Made by a program: the position numbers and the translations under genes. The notes below the pieces were generated by a model, which was given only the letters and a program-made list of their open reading frames with translations, made no database searches and was not told the origin of the DNA. A DNA stretch of 45,448 nt from Trypethelium eluteriae (taxonomy: Eukaryota), in NCBI GenBank assembly GCA_051942245.1, contig JAVECL010000136.1, forward strand, positions 1 through 45,448. Direction: 5' to 3'. Shown piece by piece: positions 1-12,530 of this stretch. How positions within the stretch are numbered: position 1 is the stretch's first letter; each line of letters opens with the position of its first letter.

Positions 1-804
1 ATCTACGCCCTCACCCGCAACGCCCGCTCGCCCTCCGCGCTGGCCCTCACTCGCGACCCGCGCGTCTCCCTCATCGAAGGAGACCTCAAAGATAGCCCCG
101 CCATCTTCCGCAAGCTGCCGCACCCCGCCTGGGGCGCCCTCCTCGTCACCCTGCCCTTCCCGTCTGTTGCCTCTGAAATGAGGACGGGGACTGGGTTTGC
201 TAGCGCAGCGGCTGCGAATGGAGTGCGGCATTTGGTCTTTGCGAGTGTGGAGCGTGGGATCAATGGCGATACCAAGCCGACGGTGGTGCCGCATTTCGCG
301 AGTAAGTTCGCGATCGAGCGGCATGTTGAGCAGGTGGCGGGGGAGAGTCAGCAGGGGATGACATGGACGTTTCTGCGGCCGGTGGCGTTTATGGAGAACA
401 TGGTGCCGGGATTTTTTGATAAGGCGTTTGCGGCGATGTGGGTCGGGAATGGGTGGGAGAGGAGGTTGCAGCTGGTCAGTGTGAAGGATGTTGGAGTAGT
501 AGGAGCAAAGGCGTTATTGAGGCCCGAGGAGTTCGCAGGGAGAAGTTTGAGCTTGGCTGGAGATGAAGTGAGTCCAAGGGAGGCCAATGAGATCTTCAGG
601 GAGGTCGTGGGAAGGGAGATGCCAAGAACGTATGGATGGGTCGGGAATGCATTGAAGTGGGTGTTAAGAGAGCAATTGGGGATCATGTTTGATTGGTTTA
701 AGGAGGCTGGGTTCGCGGCAGATCCAAAGAAGATGAGGGAGGAATTTCCAGAGACTCAGGATCTTCGGACCTGGCTTAACGAGAATAAGAGCTTGAAGTT
801 TTAG
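1..804 (+). CDS. NmrA-like family NAD(P)-binding protein (atypical SDR), 5'-truncated by the window edge
   Basis: Frame 1 is open from base 1 (IYALTRNARSPSA...LIEGDL) into ORF 178..804. NmrA-family motifs: ALTR, GVRHLVFASV, VPHFASKFAIE, WTFLRPVAFMEN, LQLVSVKDVG. Confidence 0.85.
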   Translation: MYALTRNARSPSALALTRDPRVSLIEGDLKDSPAIFRKLPHPAWGALLVTLPFPSVASEMRTGTGFASAAAANGVRHLVFASVERGINGDTKPTVVPHFASKFAIERHVEQVAGESQQGMTWTFLRPVAFMENMVPGFFDKAFAAMWVGNGWERRLQLVSVKDVGVVGAKALLRPEEFAGRSLSLAGDEVSPREANEIFREVVGREMPRTYGWVGNALKWVLREQLGIMFDWFKEAGFAADPKKMREEFPETQDLRTWLNENKSLKF

Positions 805-1246
805 ATAGAATAGACTCTTGCTTGTGATTGAAAATGTACGTCTTCACCACTTCCAAAGATCCGTCAGAGATTCGGACTCGTTGCCGTAGGTTCCAATTTA
901 GAGTACCTAGGAAACTCTCTTGCCTGCAGGGTTCCGGCATATCGGTTGCGAGGCCCTCTGAGGCCCTCTCGAGTGCTGATGCGAGTCAAGCTCGAACCTC
1001 GAGGGTCCGCATGCATCTCCAAGACGTGCTTCACTCTCGTTTTCAGAGAAGCTGATATTGATGCAAGCTTGACTAAAAGATGTGAGTCTCTGCGTATAAG
1101 GCCCGAATCTCTTCATCATCTCTTGAGCAAGACATAGGCCTAGGTAAATACCTGGTCCTGTAAGCAGAAAGACATTAGGTCTTTAGCCTCTCGAGAGGCA
1201 CTGAACATATCTGAACCGAAATCTTCAACTCTCAGTCCAACATCCT

Positions 1247-1891
1247 TCAGCCCCTACCCAACTGTTTCAATATCTCCACACACTCGCCCGCACTCCCCTC
1301 GATTCTCTCCCTCTCCTCCCTTGTCATCTTCTTCAGCACCCACTTCGCGATCACTCCCGACTCTTTTGCGCTCCTGCCGTCTGGCCTCCCGATGCCCACC
1401 GCAATTCGCACAAACGGGGTCTTGGGCAACGCCGCCTGCACACTCCGAACTCCGTTATGCCCTCTGGCCGACACACCAGCCTTCTTTTGTTTCAGCTGTC
1501 CCAATGGCATGTCCAACTCGTCATGAAGGAGGACCAGGAGACCTCTGTCCTTCCTCACGGACTCATTTCCGTCGAGCTGGGAGGTCGTAGTCACCGCACC
1601 ACGTTGCCATGCTTTCCACGCCGTAGAGACAGGACGTCCGCTAACATTCATAAGAGAGGGAGACTGCCACAATGTCCAATCGACCACATCGTTGAGATTA
1701 TCTGCAGCGGACGGCCAGCGTCGTGAGGTGGGCGCGTCTGCCAGCACACGCTCACGTTTGAAGGGGAGATAGTTGAGGTATTGAGCGATGGCGGCGAGAA
1801 GGGTATGTCCAGCGGAATGGAGAGTGTTCGCATACGTTGAGCCTGGGTTTCCAAGAGAGGCAATGAGCAGCGGGCGGGGCAGTGGTGGCAT
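1247..1891 (-). CDS. PTH1: Peptidyl-tRNA hydrolase (bacterial-type Pth)
   Basis: Single-exon 214-aa ORF with Pth motifs LGNPG-x-Y-x2-T-x-H, LMNVSG, LHDELD, GHNGVRS and RIAVGIGRP. The catalytic His/Asn/Asp positions look intact. Confidence 0.9.
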   Translation of the reverse strand: MPPLPRPLLIASLGNPGSTYANTLHSAGHTLLAAIAQYLNYLPFKRERVLADAPTSRRWPSAADNLNDVVDWTLWQSPSLMNVSGRPVSTAWKAWQRGAVTTTSQLDGNESVRKDRGLLVLLHDELDMPLGQLKQKKAGVSARGHNGVRSVQAALPKTPFVRIAVGIGRPDGRSAKESGVIAKWVLKKMTREERERIEGSAGECVEILKQLGRG

Positions 1892-2142
1892 TGGCCCCTG
1901 AAAGTAAACGAGTGATCATAGACGGAGATAGACGTGTGCAAGTCGAGCTCTGGGTGAAGCTCGAGATTCCAGGGTCCAAGCTTTGGGCAGCGACAAAATT
2001 TCTGAGATTTTTCAATTTAGGTATTTTCCCATTTTCCCCAAAAGGATCTTACAACTTCGTTTCCCGAAACCTTCGCTGTGCTATCGAATATTCGATCATA
2101 GTAGAAAATCAAGAGAATCTACAAAACCCTCCAAACTCCGGT

Positions 2143-3897
2143 ATGGAGGGGAAGACGGAATCTTTCGAGGAATGGTTCCGCAAAGAATCGGATTTCTATT
2201 GTGACAAAATCTGTTTACGAGAAATTCCAAATAAGAATGGGTATCGTGGAGTTTGTAGGTAGTCAACTTGTCCGAGAAAGATACGTCGACCCAATCTGCA
2301 AGATACTTATACATCCTCGTTGTAGTTGCAACGGAGGACATCGCAGATGATGAAGTCTTGTTTACTGTCAATCGCTCACTTGTGCTGAGTGCCGAGAATT
2401 CCCACCTGTCCAAGCTTGTAACTGTGGAGAAGCTCGATCCTTGGCTGTCCCTAATACTTGTCGTGATGGACGAATGGTGTAGAGCAACCGAGTCTTTGTG
2501 GAGCTCGTACCTAGACGTCTTGCCAATAGATTCCCCTAATTTCCAACCGTTGATGTTTTGGCCCAAAGAGTCTTTGGAAGAATTGCAAACCAGCCCAGTA
2601 GTCAACAGGATAGGAAAGGAAGAAGCAGAAGAAATATTCCGCTTAGTCTTACTGCCAGTCTTTGAAAAGAGTAAGGATGTACTTCACCCTAAACTCTTTC
2701 CGAAAAGCGAGCTATATGTTGAGGAAACTCTTCTGCCGCTGTATCATCGCGCTGGTTCGGTCATCATGGCTTACGCTTTCGACATTGAAAAGGACCAATC
2801 TGCACTTGAAGAGGATGAAGAAGGATTTATATCAGATGAAGATGATGAGCTTCTCCCTAAAGGGTTAATACCTATGGCGGATATGCTCAATGCAGATGCC
2901 GATCTGAATAATGTCTGGACCTCTATTCTACGTCTCGGGAAGTTCTTTGCTAACTTTCAGGTAGGCTCAACTATTTTATGAGGGTAGAATCTTAAGCATG
3001 AAGGCCACTAAACTAATCAAAGCCGGAGAGGAAATATTCAATGATTATGGTGCCCTTCCTAGATCTGAGCTGCTCCGTCGATATGGTTATGTAACATCGA
3101 GATATGGAAAATTCGATGTTGCAGATCTGCCATTGCCACTCGTAGTCGAGATTGCCAAGAAAAAGTTTGGTGTTTCAGCAGACGAGGTTGAGAAGAGGGT
3201 AAGTCCGATGGAAGCATCACGCAAAGGCTAGAGTATAAGTATTGCTAACACCATGCTCTAGTCTACGTTTGTGGGCTCCCAGATCTTTATCGAGAACGGT
3301 TACGACATCACACACTTTCATCTAGAATTCGAGGCCGATAGTGGCTCCGAGATACCAGAATGTCCCTTCGATTCAGATCTTATAAATTTCGTCAATATCC
3401 TCCTTTTGCCTAACGCCGCCTTCAAAAGTCTCGGACAGCGAGGTAAATCACCAAAGGGTGATCTCTTGAGCAAAGCAATGGCACCAGAAATACTTGACCT
3501 CCTTGGATTCGCATGCGAAGAGCTTCGGTCGAAATATCCAAGCACTGTCGACCAAGACCTTCAGCAATTAAAGGAGCAGAAACGCCTCATGGAAGAACTG
3601 CCAGGCGGGAGAGAGGACGTCAAAATGACCAACGGGCACCAATCATCTGATTCCCAATCAGAATTCTTGCGCATAAGTCGTTATTGCCAAGCCCTTGAAG
3701 TCCGCCTAGGGGAGAAGAAAGTCCTTCAGAAAGCTGAACTTTACGCACGAGAAATGGCATCGTATATCAGGAAAGAAAGAGGGAGGAAGAAGAGGACCGC
3801 AGAAGACCACCCTTCTGTACCCGGACCCGGACTAAAGGAATCCAGACCCAAGCCTGTGACAACCAAGCTGCGCGAGCTCCTCGGAGAAAATCCCTGA
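2143..3897 (+). CDS. RKM4: SET-domain ribosomal lysine N-methyltransferase (Rkm4/SETD6-like)
   Basis: Predicted exons 2143-2254, 2326-2912, 2965-3198, 3262-3897. Spliced product has GYRGVFATEDI, SxWxSYLxVLP, MAYAFD, PMADMLNADADLNN, GEEIFNDYG and ELLRRYGY. Confidence 0.8.
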
Positions 3898-5131
3898 AGA
3901 CCAGACGTCGACTTCTGGCAACTTGGAACCATTCTTGACGGAGGAGTACTGTCCTAAATATGAGATGCAGATCTCTCAACAACCAAGCCGGGAAGAGCGT
4001 CTTTCCGGTGGGGTCCGCTCACAAGGAGCACTCCTTCGAAGACTTCGGGAGATTCGAACGGGATATCAACTCAGAATGTGGCAGCGACATTAATCTCTCG
4101 ACACATCTGGAAGATATTGGAATCATCTGCAACTTGGGTTATCACATGGCTCACTATAGAATTCCCGACTTTACGAGGTAAGATCTTTATCCCCGAACAT
4201 CGAAGCAGAAGCTCTGTCCCTCGACGTGGTCGTGGGCTACAAAGGCAGAGAAGTTCCACTGGATCTTACCTTCGTTGGTCCGAGATTCGTCGAGAATGGT
4301 GATCACCAAGGAGGCCTTTGCGGCTCTGCGGATGGGATAATTACGATGCATAATCGACAGCACAAAAGCAATTAACTTCATGGAAACATAAGCCTTTGAC
4401 ATCTTTATGGATGAGATGCGCGGAATCTCCACGAGTCATGACACATATTGGAGAAACTCGACACGTAGAGTTACCAACCTCTTGACATGTGCCGAGTTCA
4501 ATGGCGTTGAAGCGAATCAGAGCCTATATAGGAGAAGTAGATGAAAATGTGCAGCATGTGCACAACCCTTAGAGCGAATACTCATTGAAATTGAGCGAAC
4601 TGGTAATCTCGTTTGAAGCTGCAGCAGCGTTCATACCTTGCATGATGAGGATACTCGTAAACGAATACAAGGTACCTTAGGTCTCATTGGCATCTGTATC
4701 GACGTATTGTGCATATTTTTGTTGGACCGTGTCGGCCTCTACCCCATCCCATCACCTCGGGGCCCACCACGAGTCAGAACATCTGTTCAGACTTCGAAGT
4801 CCAAATTTTGATAGATGATGGACGACAGTTACCTTATGTACCTCCGTACACTATCAATGATGTCTCTGGCAGCCCCATCTTCGCCATTTACTGCTTATCG
4901 GAAAGACATACAGTACCGTTGTTTCAGCCTTTCTTGACGGACATTCTACAATTCACAACTACACTTTACTTTGTGTTTGAATCATCTGCCATCCCGAGCT
5001 CGAGCCAGAACATACGTGTCGGAGGTTAATGTGGAGAGACTGTTGTCCATGATCATACAGAAAGGCAGCGAGATCAGCTGTGATACTCTTATCTTTAGAG
5101 GTGTACCTCTTGAATCTCTATTGTCCTCAAA

Positions 5132-6322
5132 ATGAAAATAGCGTGCCTTCAATTCGCTCCTGAAGTGGGCAAAGTCCAGGAAAATATCGCCAAAGCAAAT
5201 CACATACTTGAGCGAGACAATGTGTCTGGGGTTGATATTCTAGTTTTACCGGAAATGGCTTTCTCAGGTAAGATAGCTACATCATTTATCCTCCGGACTG
5301 TTTTCTTTCTTTACAAACCTTCTGTTTCATCCCTTTGAAACGGTCAGAAGCCGTATAATTGACTATTTGAAGGCTACAATTTTCTTTCACCAGAGGCCAT
5401 CACACCGTTCCTTGAGCCTACCAAGTCTGGCACCAGCACACAATGGGCGATCAAGACGGCTACAAGACTGAACTGTATTGTCATGGTTGGATATCCCGAA
5501 GTTGACATTTCGGAAACTAAAATGGCCTCAACTTCCTCATCTCTCCCCAACTCCTCAGTCCGACTCACCACTCCACAAGAAGCCCCCGCCGACACATCCC
5601 CGAGCGCGGAGTTGGACACCTCTTCCCCTAGACGCTACAATTCCCTTGTCACCGTCTCCCCGACAGGCGCCATTCTCGCGCACTACCGCAAATCCTTCCT
5701 CTTCTACACCGACGAAACCTGGGCATCTGAAAACCCCCTCGGCTTCCTCACCTCCGCGCTCTGCCCACTGCCCACTCCTCCTTCCCTCGCCGCCTCTACT
5801 ACGTCTCCCTCCTCCTTCTCCTCCTCCTCCTCTAACGACTACCTCGCCCGCGTGACTCAAGGTATCTGCATGGACATCAACCCCTATCGTTTCCTTGCCC
5901 CACCCGACGCATTTGAATTTGCCAACCACGTCCTCGCCACCTCGTCCCGCCTCGCCATTATCAGTATGGCGTGGTTGGTGCTCTCCTCACCGGAAGAATG
6001 GATCGAGGAGACGCGGGAGCATGCTGAAGAGCTCGAGATCAGCACACTGACGTACTGGGTCGGGAGATTGCGGCCGTTGGTGGAGAACGAGGGCGGGAAG
6101 ATAGTGGTGGTGTGTGCGAATCGGACTGGAATCGAAGGAGAGGCGTGCTATGCGGGGAGTAGCACGGTTATGAAATTGGGTGGAGGCAACGTGGAGATTA
6201 TGGGGTATTTGGGAAGAGGAGCGGAAAGCGTGTTGGTGGTGGATTTGGAGGAGGAACCAAAATATCAACTGAGAATTGGTCCTGCAGAGGAGATGGGCGA
6301 AGGGGATCGACAAGGTGACTAA
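5132..6322 (+). CDS. NTA1: Protein N-terminal Asn/Gln amidase (nitrilase/carbon-nitrogen hydrolase fold)
   Basis: Exons 5132-5267 and 5373-6322. Motifs MKIACLQFAP, LVLPEMAFSGYNF, HYRKSFLFYTDETWA, GICMDINPY and ANRTGIE give an intact E-K-C triad. Confidence 0.88.
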
Positions 6323-7178
6323 AATACAGTCTTGCGAAGAAAACCCAGGTATTCGCACGCTGGTGTGGGAAGATTGGTGGGGGTTAACCGAATAACTCTT
6401 TTTCCCTACTACTGTAGTTGACGATGTGGGGGATGGGACCCTGAGAGTTTATCAAGGGATGAAACCGAGATATGCTTGCAGGCACGATGATGAATGAGGG
6501 TGAAGTACTGGTTGAACTGTATTGATTTTTTTGCTATGCAGCAGGTCGTTTAATGGTATCGAGAAGACCGCTGCAGATTGCTCGCAATCAAGATGTTTTT
6601 AACAGCACTTATGCCCCATCCCATTCATCCGTTGCTGCACACTCTGGAGTAGCAATTGGAGATCCGTTTCCTCCAGCTTCGTCTTATCTTCTCCATTTCA
6701 AAAATCCAGATTCAGAACGCCTTGACCATGAGATAGAAGAGGATTGCTTCAACTAGATACCGATGCGGGTCTTGCGCCAGTGTCGTCGCTTGGCATTGTA
6801 TCTGAACACAAAGATTAATCGTATGATCTACGTTTCTCCATCTCATTATTTGTAAACGGACCTAATGGTGTTGCCGGTTCTCAAACGAATCCACTGAGGA
6901 ATTGGACGATTTTGCTTCTGCGCTTTGGCGAGCTTCTGCTTGGTGCGGAAGGATTTATGGCTCTGGTGAGATCGTCAGTAGTCGGTAAACATACAATAGG
7001 GCATCAGATGAGGCATACCGGCATTGTGGCAAGATCTTGTGGTGAAGATGAGGTTGGTTCGCCTGGGGAATTCGATTCAAAACTCGTCACCTTGCCTCGG
7101 TGGTGACGAGAGTGCTGGTGGGCGCTAGTGCTCGCTAATAACGCTCGGGCCCGAACTTGTTTTGCTGCACCCGAAGAG

Positions 7179-7972
7179 CGGAACCGGAGAAGGAGACCCC
7201 GGGACCCCGACGGTGAGTTTTAGGTACCTAGCCTAGCCTAGGTATGGAGTACGGAGTACAGACGAGGCAATCACAGAACTTCACCCGAGTCATCAGTAAC
7301 ATTATTGTTTTGAGCTGTAGGTACGGAGTGTTCCGTAATTCTTGGCCCTCTGTGCTAAGTGCGATCTTTGCACTGGAGACTCATGTAATCCTCATAAGCC
7401 TCAGTGACGCAAGTTGATTAGGGTCCCCACCCGAAACTCCCTGAGACATCTCTGTTGCATTCCGGTGATATTTTGAAGACTCATTTCCGCTGAGTCTTAA
7501 GAAGTGCAGCAGCACTCCGTCCCGCATCTGACGAAGAATACCTTACGGGGACGGTGTACACCGCAGGCTGACTACCTACCTTGCCTTAGTGACGGCTGGT
7601 ATCAGCTATGAAATGATTACGTAGTTGTATCCTCAACATCATCACACCATCACTTCCCCGAAGTCAAGCTCATTAGGCCGTTCGGAAGGTAGTTGCATTA
7701 TTCTCGCATTAAATGCATTTCTTGCCGTCGGTTGGCATTGTTTCCGCATCCTGACCATCGATGTCCAGTGGCGTTCCCGCGTCATCCATGTTGATCACCG
7801 CAAACGGGATAAGCCACCGAAAAAGTACCTAGCTAGGTCGTCACCTCGTGGTCGTAGCGACCGCTGCTCGGGCCAGGCCCTCCAGGCAGCGGGTTTTTCC
7901 AAAATCCGACTCGTCGTCTTGTCGTATACGAGATAACCTTTCTCCAGCCCTCTTAAGACAGCTTTTGACTCA
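7179..7972. promoter_or_regulatory. Candidate regulatory region of the MDR transporter with CGG-triplet and palindromic sites
   Basis: CGG-N11-CCG 7185-7201; TAGGTACCTA palindrome 7221-7230; TACGGAGTA 7250-7258; TACGGA-N4-TCCGTA 7322-7337; AAGACTCA-N7-TGAGTCTT 7476-7498; CGGTGTACACCG 7552-7563; TGACTCA 7966-7972. Confidence 0.4.
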
Positions 7973-8346
7973 TACAGCTATCCTTGATAGCATCCGACTA
8001 AGCTCAGCCTGGACTCTAATTTGTTGCGATCGCCTTCATTAACCATTTCCGTCGTAACATCAACATTTCTTAAGAGGGTCTGCTTTCTTTGCGAATTCCT
8101 TGCAGGAGAAGTTGTTTATTTACCCGCTCCGTTTCCTTCCCCGGTCTCCGTACGTCTTGACCGGTTTGTACAAGATTTTACACACATTTAGTATCTTGAC
8201 TTAATATTGTGAAAGTCCTCATTGGAAATTTCAACCTCATTTTTGGTGCAGCAAATTGTGGTTTTGAGGGGTGAATGGCGGCTCTCTGCTAAAATAACAT
8301 CCCAAGAGACACACACGAAGGAAGCCCGAAGAATTCATCTCCCAAC

Positions 8347-11300
8347 ATGGCTATCATTGGAGACGAGAAGCATGTCTCGGACTCTTCGAGTTCAAGCGAC
8401 AAGGACAATGCCGTACCAACGGACTTCCCCAAGGATACAGAGAAGACCCTATTAGGACAGGCTCCTGTGCCAATTCACCAAGACCCACCAGCGCCACCAG
8501 GCAAACTTCAGGCCAAAGAGGTTGACGTTGGAAGTCAAGAGGAGACCGATCCACTCAAGCATCTCTCTGACGAAGAGCGAGAGATCATCAAGCGACAGGT
8601 TGACATTCCCAATATCAAAGTAACTATTGGTATGCTTTACCGATATGCAACATTTTACGACCTTGTCATTATGGCAATCAGCGCATTATGTGCTATCGGT
8701 GGTGGCGCTGCTTTGCCTTTAATGACGGTTAGTGCTTCTACATTTGCCACAGAGGTGAAGGGGGAGGCTGGCTGACTTTTTTAGGTCGTTTTCGGTGGTC
8801 TTGCTGGGACCTTTCAAACCTTCCTTTATGATGGTGGAAGTGCCGATCAATTCGACTCGTCATTATCCCATCGTACACTCTATTTTATCTATATCGCAGT
8901 AGGTGAATTTGTAACTATCTACGTTGCCACCGTGGGCTTCATCTACACAGGAGAACATATCGCAGCCAAAATACGCGAGCATTACCTCAATGCCATTCTC
9001 CGACAGAACATTGGATTCTTTGACAAGCTCGGAGCTGGCGAAATTACGACTAGGATCACCGCAGATACGAATCTGGTCCAGGATGGCATCTCTGAAAAGG
9101 TTGGGCTGACCCTGCAAGCCGCCTCAACATTCGTTGCTGCCTTTGTGATTGGCTTCATCAAATACTGGAAACTGACCTTGATCCTGACCTCAACCGTCGT
9201 GTCCATTGTTCTTACCATGGGCGCCGGTTCTCGCTTCATTGTCGGTTGGAACAAAAAGTCTATCGAGGCCTATGCTGAGGGAGGCACAGTCGCCGAGGAA
9301 GTTCTTAGCTCCATTCGGAATGCTACAGCATTCAATACTCAAAAGAAGCTTGCTAGACAGTACGACAGTCATCTGATCGAGGCAGAGAGATGGGGCTTGA
9401 GGCACAAGGCAATCCTCGGTCTCATGATTGGTGCGGCAATGTGCTTCATTTTCTTGAACTACGGACTTGCCTTTTGGGAAGGTTCTCGATTACTAGTTGC
9501 CGGCGAAACTAACCTATCTCACGTCCTTACAATCATGATGGCTATCGTTTATGGTGCTTTCTCCCTCGGCAATGTTGCTCCAAACATAGGAGCCTTCACG
9601 ACCGCCCTGGCGGCATCTGCCAAGATCTTCAGTACCATTGACCGAGTGTCCCCACTGGATCCCGAGTCTACGACTGGTGAAAAGTTTGAGAATATCGAGG
9701 GCACTCTTGAACTTCGTAACGTTAGACACATCTACCCTTCGAGACCCGAGGTTGTGGTGATGGAGGACGTCAGTCTCCTCGTTCCGGCCGGGAAGACGAC
9801 TGCTCTTGTAGGTGCCTCTGGTTCAGGAAAAAGTACAATAGTTGGGCTTGTAGAGCGCTTCTACGATCCTGTGGGCGGAAACGTGTTTCTCGATGGTCAT
9901 AATGTCGAGGACCTGAATCTCCGATGGTTACGACGGCAGATGGCCCTCGTCAGTCAGGAACCGGTTCTTTTTGCAACGACCATTTTCGAGAACATTCGCT
10001 ACGGACTCGTTGGTAGGGAAGCAGCAAATCTTGGCGAGGCAAAAGTCAGGGATTTGGTGGAAAATGCAGCTAAGATGGCCAATGCACATGATTTCGTGAC
10101 CAAACTTCCCGAGGGATATGAAACGAACGTTGGCGAGAGGGGCTTTCTTCTTTCTGGTGGGCAGAAACAGCGTATCGCTATCGCAAGAGCTGTGGTCAGT
10201 GATCCGAAGATTCTTCTCCTGGATGAAGCTACTTCTGCTCTGGATACCAAAAGCGAGGGCGTGGTTCAGGCGGCTCTCGACAAAGCAGCGGAAGGACGCA
10301 CCACAATCATCATTGCTCATCGCTTATCGACCATTAAGACCGCAGATAATATCGTTGTCATGTCTCAAGGCCGGATTGTTGAGCAAGGTACGCATGACGA
10401 TCTTCTGGAACGCAAGTCCGCATATTACAACCTGGTGGAAGCTCAGCGCATTGCCGCTGAAACGGAGCAAAAAGCTACTGAAGAGGTTGATTTCCTCGAC
10501 ATGGCGGATGGGAAAGTCAATGGAGCGCCTATGCGCACGCCGATGACGGAAAAGGGAAACGATTTTGATGAAGATCCCGACGACTTGAATCTCAATAAGA
10601 CCAAGACCGGGAAATCCCAATCCAGCATGGTCCTTGCGAACAGAAAGGGTGAAGAGGATCACCAATATTCTCTTTGGACATTGATCAAGCTCATCGCCAG
10701 CTTCAACCGACAGGAGCTCAAGTACATGCTTATAGGTCTGGTCTTCTCCATCATCGCCGGCGGAGGTAATCCTGTCTCATCTGTCTTCCTCGCCAAATGC
10801 ATCTCCGCCATGGCTCTCCCCGCCCCCTTCTTCAGCACCCTTCGCTCCCAAGTCGACTTCTGGTCGCTCATGTACCTAATGCTCGCGTTCGTGGAGCTCA
10901 TCTCCTACGCCGGCCAGGGGGTCGCCTTTGCCTATTGTTCCGAACGTCTCATTCATCGCGTTCGCGACCGCGCCTTCCGCACCATGTTGCGGCAGGAGAT
11001 TGGTTGGTTCGATCAAGAAGCCCACACCGCCGGTGCCCTCACATCCTTTCTCTCTACCGAGACGACGCATGTGGCAGGCATTTCTGGCGCTACTCTCGGC
11101 ACTCTCCTCGTTGTCTCCACCACCTTGATCGCCGCCATGGCCGAGTCTCTGGCCATCGGCTGGAAGCTTTCCCTCGTCTGCATTGCCACCGTACCGATCA
11201 TGCTTGGGTGTGGCTTCTTTCGCTTCTACATGCTCGCTCGGTTCCAGCAGCGCGCAAAGCAGGCGTATCAGAAGTCTGCATCGTACGCGTGCGAGGCTAC

Positions 11301-12530
11301 CTCGGCCATTCGTACGGTTGCGAGCTTGACTCGCGAGGACGATGTCTGGGAACAATACCATGGGCAGCTCGTGTCCCAGCAGGGTCGGTCACTGCAGAGT
11401 ATCTTGCGCAGTTCCAGCCTCTTTGCAGCGGCTCAATCACTGATGTTCTTGTGCATGGCGCTAGGGTTCTGGTACGGCGGGAGGCTGATCGGAAGAGGTG
11501 AATATACGCTGCAGCAGTTCTTCATCTGCTTCTCGGCTATCATCTTTGGTGCGCAGTCGGCAGGCACAGTCTTTAGCTTTGCGCCAGATATGGGTAAGGC
11601 GAAGCATGCGGCAGCGGAGCTCAAGGCGTTGTTTGATCGCACTCCGGACATCGACAGTTGGAGCGAGGAGGGTGAGAAGCTGCCGCATATGGAAGGCTCA
11701 ATCGAATTCCGTGATGTTCATTTCAGATACCCTACGCGACCCGAACAGGCCGTGCTCCGGGGTCTGAACTTGACGGTGAAGCCAGGTCAGTACGTGGCGT
11801 TGGTAGGTGCTTCGGGCTGCGGAAAGAGTACGACAATTGCGCTGCTCGAGCGCTTCTACGATCCACTGACGGGCAGTGTATTGGTGGATGACAAGGACAT
11901 TAGCACGTTGAACCTGAACGAATATCGCAGCTACCTTGCACTCGTGAGCCAGGAGCCGACGCTATATCAAGGCACGGTGCGAGACAATGTATTGCTCGGT
12001 GCGGACCGCGACGATGTGCCCGAGGAACAGATTGTGCAAGCGTGCAAAGATGCGAACATCTACGACTTTATCCTTTCTTTGCCGTAAGTCTACTCCTCTG
12101 TCTTTAATCATCTCTTTCTTTCGGCCTTTCGTTTCGATTTCAACTCTATGCTAACGTGACTATCGCTTGCAGTGAAGGCTTTAATACCGTCGTTGGTAGC
12201 AAAGGCAGCATGCTTTCCGGTGGCCAGAAACAGCGCATTGCTATCGCCCGTGCCCTTCTACGCGACCCAAAAATCCTCCTCCTCGACGAGGCCACCTCGG
12301 CGCTCGACTCTGAGTCCGAGAAAGTCGTCCAGGCAGCTCTCGATGCGGCCGCCAAAGGTCGCACCACGATCGCAGTTGCCCATCGTCTGAGTACGATTCA
12401 GAAGGCGGATAGGATATACGTGTTTGACCAAGGGAAGGTGGTCGAGGCGGGTACACATAGCGAATTGATTGCGAGGAAAGGAAGATATTTTGAATTGGTC
12501 AATTTGCAGAGTTTGGGAAAAACGCATTAG
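8347..12530 (+). CDS. MDR1: Full-length ABCB (P-glycoprotein/MDR1-type) multidrug transporter
   Basis: Exons 8347-8727, 8785-12083, 12173-12530. TMD-NBD-TMD-NBD layout with Walker A motifs GASGSGKST and GASGCGKST, two [14 protein letters not shown] signatures and two [12 protein letters not shown]alker B motifs. Confidence 0.95.

Noticed and set aside
4051..4059. GTTCGAATC (tRNA T-loop/B-box-like) on the minus strand
   Set aside because: The flanks do not form a T-stem and no cloverleaf can be built.
3960..5029. Short ORFs between RKM4 and NTA1, including 3960..4181 ending at a GTAAGA donor-like site
   Set aside because: No coherent spliced model or recognisable protein; an orphan gene cannot be excluded without RNA-seq.
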